IMG/VR virus record: IMGVR_UViG_2654587772_000002
DNA: 64,000 nucleotides
Strand: one strand, 5' to 3'
Source: a virus
Lineage: Duplodnaviria; Heunggongvirae; Uroviricota; Caudoviricetes
The position numbers and the translations under genes are program-made. Below are positions 7,998-18,449 of the stretch, one piece after another. The first letter of the stretch is position 1. Every line of letters starts with the position of its first letter. The notes under the pieces are model-generated. The model searched no databases. It was not told the DNA's origin and saw only the letters and a program-made list of their open reading frames with translations.

Positions 7998-10897
7998 TAA
8001 ATAACCTCAGCCATTTGTTGGTCTGTTAATGCTTTATGCCATATTCTGAAATTTCTGATATGACCAAATAAATGACGTAACCCTGCTGTAGTCTGGCCTC
8101 CAATACGGATGGTTGCAGAGTTCTGAATATAGGACCATGTCGTCTTTGTTTCGCTGGATATGCGCCCGTTACTTACTGAGCACGTAGACTGATCTGATTT
8201 TACACGCATCCCCATAACCATTTTTTCAAGCAATGCGTTTTCGTTTACCCGTCTGTTAGCTCCTCCAATATCGCAATAAGGAAATCCGTCGTAATCTGCT
8301 GAAGAACCGAAGCCAAGAATAATAGCCGCTCCGGTTTGATGACCGCCGGTATCAAAAACACGTGGCGCTGCATTTGGCGTTTTATACCAGTTCTTATGTA
8401 CCTCACAAAGAACCGTAAAAGGAAGATTATAAAGATTATTATTAATTGGAACTGTAACTATATCGCTTGCGCGGGTAGCCGCCGTCGTTCCCGAGATAAT
8501 AAAAGATGATGCACACGAACCATCCTCAACCTGAGGGGTGGACAGATAAATATAGTCTCCAGATATGGTTGCTCCGCCCTGCTTAGGAGAATACTGTATC
8601 TGAGATCCTATTTTTAACTCATCATCAATTGCCTGGATTGTTGCCTCTGCAAAAATCCATCCGGTAGCTTCGTCCTTTCTGACTCTCGCTGTAATCCTTG
8701 AGGCCGCGCCACCTGTCATATTAATTTCAAGCGTTTGTGTATCAATATATGCATCACCAAGAAAAGTTGTTGCACTACCGTCATATTTATCAAAGCGGAT
8801 ACGTAACCTTACCTGTCGTTCTGTTTTAAAACGACATGAGGTTGTCACGTACTTGTTATCGCCTGAAACATCAACTGACTTTGTAGCAGCAATTGATGCC
8901 ATATTAATGGCTGACGTTTGCCCAATCAGAGAATCGTTACAGACAAACTTTCCATAGGTAAAACCAAAACTATCCGTCCCGGTTTCGGGAACATCCATAT
9001 TTGACGAGCGCCCCCAACTGGCAGGGTTTTCCGAATTGAGCATGTAGTTTGTTCGTTGTCCCTCAATAAGCAGACCATCACGTTCAAATCGTGGCTCGTC
9101 AATGGCAGCCTCTGTCAGCACACCAGATTTATTTATATAGGTTGCTTTCGATGCGCGTTTAAACTTAACAACCTTGTCGCCAGGCATTGTTATTTCGTCG
9201 TCGCCAATAACAATCTTTTTATATGATGGAGAAAAGCCCGCAATCATATCCAGCGAATCGTTAAACGGTATCCACACATCTGGCAGCGGTTGAATAATCT
9301 TCCTGGCATCCTCCAGTGACAATGCTTCGACATCCGAAGCTGTTAAAGAAATATCTGCCGAACCGTCAAATGAAACGTTGTTAATCATCCGTGCTGTTTT
9401 TAATTTCGTTGCGGTGTCGGCGTTCCCCATCAGTGCGCCGGTGATCCCGCCGTTGAAAGTCTGGCGTGCACTCCATGTGTTAGCCGTGCTCAACAGGGGG
9501 ATCTTTTCACCGCTTGTGCCGAGTTCTCTTAAACCAAGGTATTGGATAACAGCAAGGACGCTTGTTTTGGACAGAATATCGCGACCGACTGACGTTAAGT
9601 CAGTCTGAGAAACAGTGTCTGTACCGGTAAAGTACGGCAGTTTATTTGCGCCTGTAGCAAGACCAGCAAGCGCGGTTAAAGTTGCATCCAGAGGCTGTTT
9701 GCCTGCCAGCGCATTTGTCATTGTTGTCGCAAAGTTCGGGTCATTACCAAGTGCTGCGGCAAGCTCATTCAGGGTATCAAGAGCTTCTGGTGATGAACCA
9801 ACCAATGCGGATATGGCAGCTCTTACATAAGCAGTCGTAGCAATCTGCGTATTATTTGTGCCCTGCGCAGCCGTAGGCGCAGTAGGGACTCCCGTTAATG
9901 CAGGGCTTGCCAAAGGCGCTTTGAGGGCTAGGGCATTGTTGATAGTTGTGCTGAAATTCGGGTCGTTATTGATCGCAGCAGCTATTTCTTTAAGCGTATC
10001 CAGTGTGCCAGGTGCACCGTTGATAAGTGCCGTTATAGCTGACTTAACAAAGGCTGTATTTGCGATCTGCGTGCTATTTGTACCTTGCGCTGCCGTCGGC
10101 GCGGTTGGCGTTCCTGTCAGACTCGGGCTTTCTATTGGCGCTTTGGTATCAGCAAGACCTTTTACAGACTTAACGGCTTTAGGGGTAGCCGCCATTGTTT
10201 CGCTGTCGCTGTTAGTTTCGCTACTGAGCTGAACTAATCCCTTTTGCGTTGTGCTTGCATCCTGTGCCGTATACTTGCTTTTCGCCAGATCGTAGGCTTT
10301 TTTAGCTGCCAGCGAACTTGCAGCAACATCACTTCTGCTACTGGTTACAGAGTCTGAAATATCAATGCCGATCGTGCGGTTAATACGCTCGGATGTATCA
10401 ATCATCTCCTGGGTAATGGCTGATACGCCAGCAGGGATATTCACCGTACAAACAAGCAGCTCTCCATCTCCTAACTGATATGAATCGGTATAGGTTCTGG
10501 CAACAAATTCAGCCGCATGAATATGTGACGCGGTATTAACCTGATAGGTATCCTCTCCAAGGAGGTATCTTCCCTTCAGCACAATTGCATATTTCTTGCC
10601 TTCACTAAGTGCAAGAGAAATATCCTTACGGTGCCGAATAGTTACCTGGTAGAATTCACCAATATCCACTGACGCAGCGCCAGCAGTTTTATCACCATCC
10701 ACTGAGGTGATTAACAGGTTCATACCACCGCCAGGCTTCGGCAGGAAACCGGCATAAAACCCAGGATCAACAATTCCCCTGAATTTTCGGTTTAGCGCGG
10801 CTGACAGATATGGTTCGTGGTATTGCACATCAGCCACCAGAGCCAGTGACTCGGGCGATGGGTAAGTAACTGATGTAACAACTGTAACGTCATTCAT
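7997..10897 (-). CDS. Long tail fibre protein (Stf / gpS-like), about 966 aa from the internal Met
   Basis: Start set by codon arithmetic at Met30 (MNDVTVV...). Contains the TQKGLVQLSSETNSDSETMAATPKAVKSV fibre motif, collagen-like Ala/Thr/Pro repeats, and the junction motif [26 protein letters not shown] followed by its own C-terminal domain. Confidence 0.85.
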   Translation of the reverse strand: MNDVTVVTSVTYPSPESLALVADVQYHEPYLSAALNRKFRGIVDPGFYAGFLPKPGGGMNLLITSVDGDKTAGAASVDIGEFYQVTIRHRKDISLALSEGKKYAIVLKGRYLLGEDTYQVNTASHIHAAEFVARTYTDSYQLGDGELLVCTVNIPAGVSAITQEMIDTSERINRTIGIDISDSVTSSRSDVAASSLAAKKAYDLAKSKYTAQDASTTQKGLVQLSSETNSDSETMAATPKAVKSVKGLADTKAPIESPSLTGTPTAPTAAQGTNSTQIANTAFVKSAITALINGAPGTLDTLKEIAAAINNDPNFSTTINNALALKAPLASPALTGVPTAPTAAQGTNNTQIATTAYVRAAISALVGSSPEALDTLNELAAALGNDPNFATTMTNALAGKQPLDATLTALAGLATGANKLPYFTGTDTVSQTDLTSVGRDILSKTSVLAVIQYLGLRELGTSGEKIPLLSTANTWSARQTFNGGITGALMGNADTATKLKTARMINNVSFDGSADISLTASDVEALSLEDARKIIQPLPDVWIPFNDSLDMIAGFSPSYKKIVIGDDEITMPGDKVVKFKRASKATYINKSGVLTEAAIDEPRFERDGLLIEGQRTNYMLNSENPASWGRSSNMDVPETGTDSFGFTYGKFVCNDSLIGQTSAINMASIAATKSVDVSGDNKYVTTSCRFKTERQVRLRIRFDKYDGSATTFLGDAYIDTQTLEINMTGGAASRITARVRKDEATGWIFAEATIQAIDDELKIGSQIQYSPKQGGATISGDYIYLSTPQVEDGSCASSFIISGTTAATRASDIVTVPINNNLYNLPFTVLCEVHKNWYKTPNAAPRVFDTGGHQTGAAIILGFGSSADYDGFPYCDIGGANRRVNENALLEKMVMGMRVKSDQSTCSVSNGRISSETKTTWSYIQNSATIRIGGQTTAGLRHLFGHIRNFRIWHKALTDQQMAEVI

Positions 10898-10908
10898 CAA
10901 GCATATCC

Positions 10909-11343
10909 TTATGCTATAGTCGTGTTGATGGCCATAACTGCGGTATATGTTTTTCCCACATACAGCGAGTCTTCCTGAACACAAATAATTGCGATGGGCT
11001 TATTCTCGTTATCCAGAACAACCAGAGTGTTGAATGGATAGTTTTTCCCTTCCTGCAACTGGCTTTGATCAAGGTCCATTCGGACAGTAATTATCCCGCC
11101 AGAGTAGGTTGGGACGAGGTTGATGGTGCAAAATTGACTGGTCAGTTCTGCCAACTCGAAAGTCTTTGGCAGTTCTCCAATGTCATAAGTACCATCTTCA
11201 TTTTTGGTAACCAGCGAACTGGTGCCGAAAACGGCCTTGCTGATTAAAAATCGAGAGCCTTTGTTAATGGACGATTCAGCGCGTCGCTGATAGTAATAAT
11301 CCAACAACTGACTCTTATAGAGATTTGTTGAGACGTCAGACAT
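10909..11343 (-). CDS. Tail fibre/baseplate-associated protein (144 aa), gpR-like by position
   Basis: ORF track. Immediately upstream of the long fibre gene. Confidence 0.55.
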   Translation of the reverse strand: MSDVSTNLYKSQLLDYYYQRRAESSINKGSRFLISKAVFGTSSLVTKNEDGTYDIGELPKTFELAELTSQFCTINLVPTYSGGIITVRMDLDQSQLQEGKNYPFNTLVVLDNENKPIAIICVQEDSLYVGKTYTAVMAINTTIA

Positions 11344-11421
11344 GATTTTCCCTAATCAATGTTGTGAAGCCTCATTGTAAGAGAAGTAACTTGTCACCCC
11401 GCCCTGCGGACGGGGTAATTG

Positions 11422-12261
11422 TCAGGCATCGCTATCCAGCAGCAAATCATCTGCGCGGGAGCGATCAAACGTAGGCGTTGCTTTCACAATAGTGCCGCCC
11501 GGCGTTGCAGTGATCGGGGCACTAATCGACGTAACTCCGGCAAGCGAAGTTGTATCCGAAGTTTCAAACCAGCAGTACGCTTTTTCGGTATCAGAAATCT
11601 CGTTCAAAGTGATCATGTCGGCCTGTTCATTTACAACAACCGACAAATAGAGCGTAAGCCCATCAAACACTATATGCAGTGGCAGTAGAGGCTTTACGAA
11701 CTGATTAAACTTTCTGAGAATTTCTTCTGTAATTGCGGACTGATCTATCGTGCCAGTAATACCCATTGTCCTGGCCAGGTCGTTTATGGGAATACTGATC
11801 ATCCCTCTGGAAGTCAGAAACATCTCGCCGAATGTGCCGCCAGTAGTCTCCAGTGTGCTTTCTGGTATTAGAACTGTGCCATAGGGATGACGCTCAAGGT
11901 CCACCGGTGCATATATCGGATCCCATAAAACAGAAATACCGTTAAATTCGCGGTAAATTGTCTGGTTTATAGGACGTTCAGTTCCCTTAAAGTGGATCTC
12001 ATCAAGCCGCTGTTGTAACAACATCGGAACGGAAGATGAGTTCGAGGTTCTGATAGTAAAGAACTGGCCAAGTTCATTTGTCCTGGTCTCCAGATCCTCC
12101 TTGCTCATGGAGAAAATAGACTTCCGGTTGGTAATTCGCTCCAACCATGGGTCAACAAAGGTGTCCATCATTGACTGAACCAAATCAGCCAATGATTTAT
12201 AGAGCAATGACTTTTGCTTAGCTGATGTAAGCCGGTTATTAAACCAGGAACGCTGCATCAC
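11422..12261 (-). CDS. Baseplate/tail protein (279 aa)
   Basis: ORF track. Overlaps the upstream gene by 4 nt. Position between the baseplate-like 477-aa gene and the fibre genes. Confidence 0.55.
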   Translation of the reverse strand: MMQRSWFNNRLTSAKQKSLLYKSLADLVQSMMDTFVDPWLERITNRKSIFSMSKEDLETRTNELGQFFTIRTSNSSSVPMLLQQRLDEIHFKGTERPINQTIYREFNGISVLWDPIYAPVDLERHPYGTVLIPESTLETTGGTFGEMFLTSRGMISIPINDLARTMGITGTIDQSAITEEILRKFNQFVKPLLPLHIVFDGLTLYLSVVVNEQADMITLNEISDTEKAYCWFETSDTTSLAGVTSISAPITATPGGTIVKATPTFDRSRADDLLLDSDA

Positions 12262-13691
12262 TCCTCCTCATACGAAATATTAAAGGTGGAGCTTTCTGTA
12301 TCCAGATAAACGAAATCGTAAAAGCCGTTGGACTCATTCCACTCGACAAATTCCAGATAAAAGTCGCGGAAATAACCCAGCGTTTCGATAAACGCCCAAA
12401 CGTCTTTTTTCTTAATCAGGATGTACTTTCCGACGCGGTTCGGATCAAAGAAAGTTGAGTCGCGCCCAAATTTTGTTTCCAGTGCCGACTTCAGCTCATC
12501 GGTCACATTCTCAATGGTCAGGCTTGCCGATATCCGTCCGGTGATGGTTATCTTAAATGGTAGTTTTCTGACCTCTTTATAAGAGAATTTCTTGTTCAGT
12601 TCATTCGGTACCTTCTTAAAGGCAGTCAGGATCATTTCTTCAAGCTCTGACTGGCTTTTATTTGGATGCCATCCTGAAATAAATATCTTATTGATATTCT
12701 GAACATTATAAGCACCATCTAATTTCTCTTGCTGGCCTTCGCCCCATGCCTTTACCCAGGACAGCCCCGGGATGTTACGAACCAGAAAATACGTATAGTC
12801 CCCGCCCCATACGACCTGATCATCATAGGCAAGGTAATATTGTGCACGGTTACGTGTGATCTCCGTTGTTTCAGCATCGGTACCTGCGGTTATAGGTGTC
12901 GTTGTCTTAACTGAAATCAAATTAGCTAAATCAGCCGCAGAATCGACAGGCGTCAGGTTTTGGCCAGCAACCAGGGTTATATCGCCGTTGGTGCACCATA
13001 CCTTAAGCGTAATTGTCGAACCTTCTGGCGGTATTTGCCCAATTAGCCCATCGCCGAATCGAACCCCCAACTGCTCGGATGGTTTATAAAACTCAACGTA
13101 GACCTGGCTTTTACTACCGGCTAACCGGAACATAGTGCTGGAAGACCACTGCGTGGTCTTCCCATCGGTTGTCACGAATACTTCCAGCTTATAGCAGACA
13201 GCAGTAAGAGCCTTTGATAACACGACTTCCAGAAATTCTTTGGCTGCCGTAACGGTATATGTCACCTCCTGGATTTCCAACTGTGCCACTTCTACCGTAC
13301 CGGTGCCGTCAACCAACCTGCATACATCCATAGTCATGTAAGGGTACTGGTCGTCAGATATTAAAGGCATGTTTTTGGGGATTACCGCTGGGGCATCTTC
13401 ACTTGTGGCGGTGATCTCAATCATCCCCGATGACGGTGTTGGCTTGGTACCAACATAACTGTTCGTTTCTGCCGCAGCCAGGATAGAGGAACGCCGCGTC
13501 GCGGTCGATATAAAGCCTTCAGCCAGCGCCGCATCGGCATACTGAAAGCACCTGTAGACAATCTGGGTAATAAACAATGTCAGCATCGAGACAAATTGAG
13601 AGCCGACAAACTTCGACCAGAATGAATCTTTCTCGACAAGCTCTTCAAACTCTGCACGAATACTGTCTTTAGTCGGTGTTGTTTTACTCAT
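12258..13691 (-). CDS. Putative baseplate J-like structural protein (477 aa)
   Basis: ORF track. Size and position in the tail module. Assignment by context, not motif. Confidence 0.55.
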   Translation of the reverse strand: MSKTTPTKDSIRAEFEELVEKDSFWSKFVGSQFVSMLTLFITQIVYRCFQYADAALAEGFISTATRRSSILAAAETNSYVGTKPTPSSGMIEITATSEDAPAVIPKNMPLISDDQYPYMTMDVCRLVDGTGTVEVAQLEIQEVTYTVTAAKEFLEVVLSKALTAVCYKLEVFVTTDGKTTQWSSSTMFRLAGSKSQVYVEFYKPSEQLGVRFGDGLIGQIPPEGSTITLKVWCTNGDITLVAGQNLTPVDSAADLANLISVKTTTPITAGTDAETTEITRNRAQYYLAYDDQVVWGGDYTYFLVRNIPGLSWVKAWGEGQQEKLDGAYNVQNINKIFISGWHPNKSQSELEEMILTAFKKVPNELNKKFSYKEVRKLPFKITITGRISASLTIENVTDELKSALETKFGRDSTFFDPNRVGKYILIKKKDVWAFIETLGYFRDFYLEFVEWNESNGFYDFVYLDTESSTFNISYEEE

Positions 13692-14047
13692 AGCACCACG
13701 TCCTGTGTGATAGTTATATCCCTGATACGAATGGATATTTTCAACTTATCAAAAGCATCTCCCTCGGCTACTGACAAGCCAGAAATCGGTATGTCAGGTA
13801 AATCTACCGTCAGTTTTTGCAACAGCATTGCCTCAACCGCAATTTGAACATGCGACAAGTTGGTCGGTTCGTGTTTAAACTGCGGTAAAACATTGCCCCA
13901 TGACGGATCTCCGTATACCTCACCCTGATAAGTGTTTAGCCACTCATATAAACGAGCGCCCCAGGCCTCCTCCTGGGACTCATACGTTTTTACGCCGGAT
14001 AACTCCAGCGTCAGCAAAGGATCAATTTCGTTATTGTTGGCCATCAA
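13688..14047 (-). CDS. Small tail/baseplate protein (119 aa)
   Basis: ORF track. 4-nt overlaps on both sides indicate operon coupling. Confidence 0.55.
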   Translation of the reverse strand: MMANNNEIDPLLTLELSGVKTYESQEEAWGARLYEWLNTYQGEVYGDPSWGNVLPQFKHEPTNLSHVQIAVEAMLLQKLTVDLPDIPISGLSVAEGDAFDKLKISIRIRDITITQDVVL

Positions 14048-17000
14048 TCAACTCTCGCGTAGTCATTCATCAACGGATCATCAATTGACAGTGGCACCGT
14101 GCGCATAACGCCCGGTTGAGGCGTGCTGACCTTTACGACAGTTCCCTGGCCTTTCGCCGAGTCTTTAGTGTGCTCTTCAATCCTGGCAAGCAATGAGGTC
14201 ATCTGCGCAAACAGCCGCTTCGTTTCACCATCAAGTGAAACGGTATTATCAGCCAACTGCATTGTCGGCTTGGCACCAGAGCCGCCAAGGTCACTAATAA
14301 CCTGTCCGTCTATCTGCATACGACCGGTTGGTTGCTGCAAATCGTTGGCGGCAGTCGTCACCTGGGACGTGGAGGCTGGTTGAGGAGAGTTATTTGAGCG
14401 CATTCCCCGGGCATTAATGAGTTTGTCATACAGCCCATCAATCCCCATTTGTGCACCGAGTTGGTCAAAGTAACTTGAGTTGTTTGCTACCGGACGTGCC
14501 TCTTCAACTGGCATAGGTGTATCAACATACACATTGCCAGCAGCCGTTGCGGTTCCCCTTCCTCGTGCACGTTCTTCGAGGGTTCCCTGAACGACTTCCC
14601 GACGCATCCCCCGACCATTCATGAATTTGTTGACCAGATCGTTAACGCCAACAGCATTACCGATTTTGTCTACCAAACCGCCTTTCTCAAACGGGCTATC
14701 ACCAGGGGTAAACGCCAGACCAGTAGACTGATCGATAACGGCGTTATCAGGCAGTGGTCCCCTCACTCCATATTGCGCCCCACCCTGTGCTCCTGCTCCA
14801 GGTGTATAGATTTCACCACCTAAATAGCGAGCACGATGAGTATTGACCTTGATCGCGTACTCACGGTTTTCTTTCGATAAGTCACCTGTGCCTTTTTTCC
14901 ACTTATTGATAGTGCCAAACCCAGCATTATATGCAGTGATGGCCTCGTTTAAGTCTCCATTGGCTTGCTTCAGATACTTGCTCATGAGAAGAGCCGCAGC
15001 TTCTGCCGATTTCACAGGATCAAATGCATCCTGTTCCGATATCCCTGTCTCTTTACGAGCAATACTCGTGAACTGGAACATCCCGAGTGCGCCACCACTT
15101 AACTTTCCATCTGGTGATCTTGTAAGCGGAGACTTTGCGTTAGGATCCCCTCCTGATTCAGTTGCCGCAATCGAGTAAAGAGTGCCTTCAGGAAGGCCAT
15201 ATTTATTCTCTAGTTCAGCAAAATACGGAGCCAGCTTATCCAGATTTGCCTTACCTTCAGCGCCAAGGCTTCCGACTTTTACATCTAAGTTGCCATTGTT
15301 GTAGGTATCCGCAGCTTTCTGAATGTCATTCCTAGTGCCAGTAGTATTAAGCGACGATGATGATGAGCTATTTTGACCAATAGCATTATCAATTTTCTGC
15401 AACGCTCGATTGCCCGTTTCTACGGCATTTGCATTGATAATCTGATTGGCAGTTTCTTTAACTGTTTTATTGCTATCTTTCGCCGTCTCTAGGGATGCAT
15501 TTACAACACGAGTGACAATATTAGCCTTTTTAGGGGTATATTCAGTCTTAGGAGCATTGTCCTCCTGACTTTCTTTAGCTGGTGTTTTTAATTCAGGTGT
15601 AACCTCTTTCGCATCCGCTTTGTTGACTAGCTTTGATGCAACCCAGGCCACAGGGGTGCTCTGAACAGCGGCATCGGCAACCTTACCAGGAAGCTCTTTT
15701 GCGGCATTCCATAGATTACTACCAGCCTCTTTAATGTATTTTCCCGGGTTCTTAATGAAATCAATTGCACTATCAATTGCATCACTGAAAACCTTTTTCA
15801 GGTTATCGACAGTAAAGAAGTCTTTGATGGCGTCTAATTTTTCGTTCAGACTCTTGGTTGTGTCACTGAACCAGGCTGAAATAGCATCGCCAATCTTGGC
15901 TGTGTAATCGTTGAATGTTGTGGATATGGTGTCACCAAGGTTAGAAATATATGTTTCTAAATTGGTAATCCCACTATCAATGGCCTGGGCAATACTTTCC
16001 GTCGAAAATGATTGCAACATATTGCCGATATCCTCAAATCCAAGTGATTTGAGAACGCCACCAATGGCATTGCTAATACCAGATACCAGTCCTCCCATAT
16101 CGAGAACGTTAGCCAGTGTATAAGCCGCTTTTTGCTGAAAAGATGGATCTTCCCCATCCTTAAGCCCAAAGGTCCGACGTTGTGCTTCTGTATCATTCCA
16201 ACCGGTTACCGCATCATAGATACCTCCAGCCACCGTGCCGACTAGCGGAATTGCGCGTAAAGCCCCCTTTGCAAAAGCCTTAACACCTAGTTTCTCCAAT
16301 CCCTTAGTTGCAAGTTTTCCGGCACCGCGAGTAGCCAATTCGCCAGCTTCTTTGGCAGCAGCTTTTTTCCCACCAAAGCCCAATAAGCTTGCAACTTTTT
16401 TTATACCTAAAGCGCCTAGTGCCATCGAGCCAACTTTCTTTAGTGCCCCACGGCAAAAAATAAGGGAAGCAATACCACCGGCCCCCTTCCCTAACAGGCT
16501 AAATAATTTGGACAGCAAGCCGCCCTTCTTTTTCCCGGTGTTTTTGGCTATCTGATCAAGGGCGCTGAGAATCTTGTCATTGCCCTCTTTAATTTCGCTG
16601 GTCTGATCCTGAAGTTCCTGAACCGTCCGTTTTTGGGTGTTAACCTGAACGACATCGGCACTACTTTGCGATTTACGCCTAAAAAAACCTTTTCTACGGC
16701 TGTTATCGTCATTGCCACGAATCACATCGGCAATTGACTTTCTGGCACCATTAAGCGAACCGCCAACTTCTTTTGATATTCCGCCAAGCTCCTTTCCTGC
16801 TGCCCACAATGGACCAGCAACGGCATAACCTAAAGCATCGACGGCACGAGTCTCTGAAGGGTTACCTATGCCTTCAGCTACTTTTGACAGTTTTTTTAAT
16901 AAACCCGATTCAGCATTTAGACGCTCATCATCCTCTTTGCGCCTAGCTTTTTCAGCACGTTCAGCACGGGCATCTTCCGCTGCGGCCTTACTCCCTGACT

Positions 17001-17472
17001 TCCCAATAAAACGACCACGCGCATCGCGTTGGTTTTGGCTTTTTTGCGCACCGCCTTTTTGACCGAACATTTCGCGAGCGTGTTCGGCTGCTTCGGTCCG
17101 TTGTGCCTTTACATCCTCTGGTATAGCCTTCCTGCGTCGTTTTTTACCCTTTGGTGTGGTTGATTTGGCCCGCTGTTCCTGTTGAGCAACATCTTCCTGA
17201 ACTACACGAGAAACGTCCCCTAAGTTAAGCCGTTTCATTGCCTCAACAATAGGGTCCACTGATGGCGCATTGGCCACAAAGTCTGGCCGTGAATTTTCGA
17301 TTGTGCGATTTAATGCCGACACACTGCGAGAGACAGGATCAACAGTTGCAACGCGCCCCCCTTTCAAATCTTCAACAGCTTCCCGGATACCTGCAAGCTC
17401 TTCCAGCTCTTTTGCGCTGGCGGTTTCAACTGTCCTTATAACATCGTCAATGTTGGCGTTTTTTCGTTCCAT
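14044..17472 (-). CDS. Tape measure-like protein with a lytic transglycosylase (SLT) domain (1142 aa)
   Basis: N-terminal half has Gly/Ala/Lys-rich repeats and hydrophobic segments typical of tape measure proteins. C-terminal half has an SLT-like block (ESGGDPNAKS...GALGMFQFT...AYNAG). Confidence 0.85.
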   Translation of the reverse strand: MERKNANIDDVIRTVETASAKELEELAGIREAVEDLKGGRVATVDPVSRSVSALNRTIENSRPDFVANAPSVDPIVEAMKRLNLGDVSRVVQEDVAQQEQRAKSTTPKGKKRRRKAIPEDVKAQRTEAAEHAREMFGQKGGAQKSQNQRDARGRFIGKSGSKAAAEDARAERAEKARRKEDDERLNAESGLLKKLSKVAEGIGNPSETRAVDALGYAVAGPLWAAGKELGGISKEVGGSLNGARKSIADVIRGNDDNSRRKGFFRRKSQSSADVVQVNTQKRTVQELQDQTSEIKEGNDKILSALDQIAKNTGKKKGGLLSKLFSLLGKGAGGIASLIFCRGALKKVGSMALGALGIKKVASLLGFGGKKAAAKEAGELATRGAGKLATKGLEKLGVKAFAKGALRAIPLVGTVAGGIYDAVTGWNDTEAQRRTFGLKDGEDPSFQQKAAYTLANVLDMGGLVSGISNAIGGVLKSLGFEDIGNMLQSFSTESIAQAIDSGITNLETYISNLGDTISTTFNDYTAKIGDAISAWFSDTTKSLNEKLDAIKDFFTVDNLKKVFSDAIDSAIDFIKNPGKYIKEAGSNLWNAAKELPGKVADAAVQSTPVAWVASKLVNKADAKEVTPELKTPAKESQEDNAPKTEYTPKKANIVTRVVNASLETAKDSNKTVKETANQIINANAVETGNRALQKIDNAIGQNSSSSSSLNTTGTRNDIQKAADTYNNGNLDVKVGSLGAEGKANLDKLAPYFAELENKYGLPEGTLYSIAATESGGDPNAKSPLTRSPDGKLSGGALGMFQFTSIARKETGISEQDAFDPVKSAEAAALLMSKYLKQANGDLNEAITAYNAGFGTINKWKKGTGDLSKENREYAIKVNTHRARYLGGEIYTPGAGAQGGAQYGVRGPLPDNAVIDQSTGLAFTPGDSPFEKGGLVDKIGNAVGVNDLVNKFMNGRGMRREVVQGTLEERARGRGTATAAGNVYVDTPMPVEEARPVANNSSYFDQLGAQMGIDGLYDKLINARGMRSNNSPQPASTSQVTTAANDLQQPTGRMQIDGQVISDLGGSGAKPTMQLADNTVSLDGETKRLFAQMTSLLARIEEHTKDSAKGQGTVVKVSTPQPGVMRTVPLSIDDPLMNDYARVD

Positions 17473-17553
17473 GATCTTATCGCCTACCGTTTCGGTTTAA
17501 GTTTTTCTTCCAGTTTCTCCAACAGGAAAAACGCATAGGATTCAGTAAGCCTT

Positions 17554-18435
17554 TCAGCGTCCTGAATCGGTATACCCCCATACAAAACCAGGTTGGACAC
17601 TAAGGTCTGATAGCTTTTCAATCCCCACCTGTGGAATGAAGTCGGTAGCCCGAAAGGGCACCCACAGACGGGTATATGCACCCTCTGTGGACTCCTTTTT
17701 ATCCTGATTTGGGCATTTATGCGGCGGGAGACGAAGACGCATTTCACCTTTATCGATGTAGCACGGCAAACCATGTTCGAGCTTTTCATGAGCCAGTCGG
17801 ATGTGTGCCGCCAGCTTCATAAATTCAGTATCAATGGCCATCCGTTTAATCGTTTCATAACGACGCTCAGCCTGATCTTCACGAGTACCGCTAACATCGT
17901 TATAAAGCTCACACTGATAAGCGAATTCCCAAAAACGCAAATCAACGATCGCTTCTTTGAATTCCGCGTCGTCTTCAGGTGGCAATGCTGCACGGCGCAT
18001 CTCCAGCATTTCCATTGCCCAACCATCAAGCGGCACGATACGCCATTGATAAGGCACTCCCTCTACAGACACCTCAATATCGTCAATGAACGGTTCCGCT
18101 TCCAGGACCTGGATATCTTCAGCCAGGGCATTCATATCGCAATCGTAATAATGCTCTTTACCGCAATGTTTACAGGTGTAGGTGAATGTCTCGACCGGTG
18201 TTTCACGGGAGCCGGTAAATATCCACCATAACGCGGTAATCCGGTCCTGCGCCGTCCATGTCAGGGGATCATGTTTCGCGGGTTCAGCCAGCAAGGCTTT
18301 TAAATACGCCGTTGTCTGTTGTTCTTGTTCCTCCGGTGTTATCGAGTTGAAACGCATCGCATCAGCAATATTTGGCTGACGGAACTGGATCAATTCAGTT
18401 GGCCGCGATGGTAGCGGGAAAAGAGGTAAAAGCAT
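17554..18435 (-). CDS. Tail-associated protein (293 aa) with a Cys4 zinc-ribbon; possible tail assembly chaperone
   Basis: CKHCGK...C.....C motif. Position immediately upstream of the tape measure gene. Confidence 0.5.
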   Translation of the reverse strand: MLLPLFPLPSRPTELIQFRQPNIADAMRFNSITPEEQEQQTTAYLKALLAEPAKHDPLTWTAQDRITALWWIFTGSRETPVETFTYTCKHCGKEHYYDCDMNALAEDIQVLEAEPFIDDIEVSVEGVPYQWRIVPLDGWAMEMLEMRRAALPPEDDAEFKEAIVDLRFWEFAYQCELYNDVSGTREDQAERRYETIKRMAIDTEFMKLAAHIRLAHEKLEHGLPCYIDKGEMRLRLPPHKCPNQDKKESTEGAYTRLWVPFRATDFIPQVGIEKLSDLSVQPGFVWGYTDSGR

Positions 18436-18449
18436 CCTTGCTCCTTAAT

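Noticed and set aside
6202-10984. Invertible tail-fibre segment (Mu G / P1 C / e14 P type) or a diversity-generating retroelement acting on the fibre
   Set aside because: No Pin/Cin/Gin-type invertase gene and no reverse transcriptase are present nearby. The alternative tip gene is on the same strand as the main fibre, not inverted.
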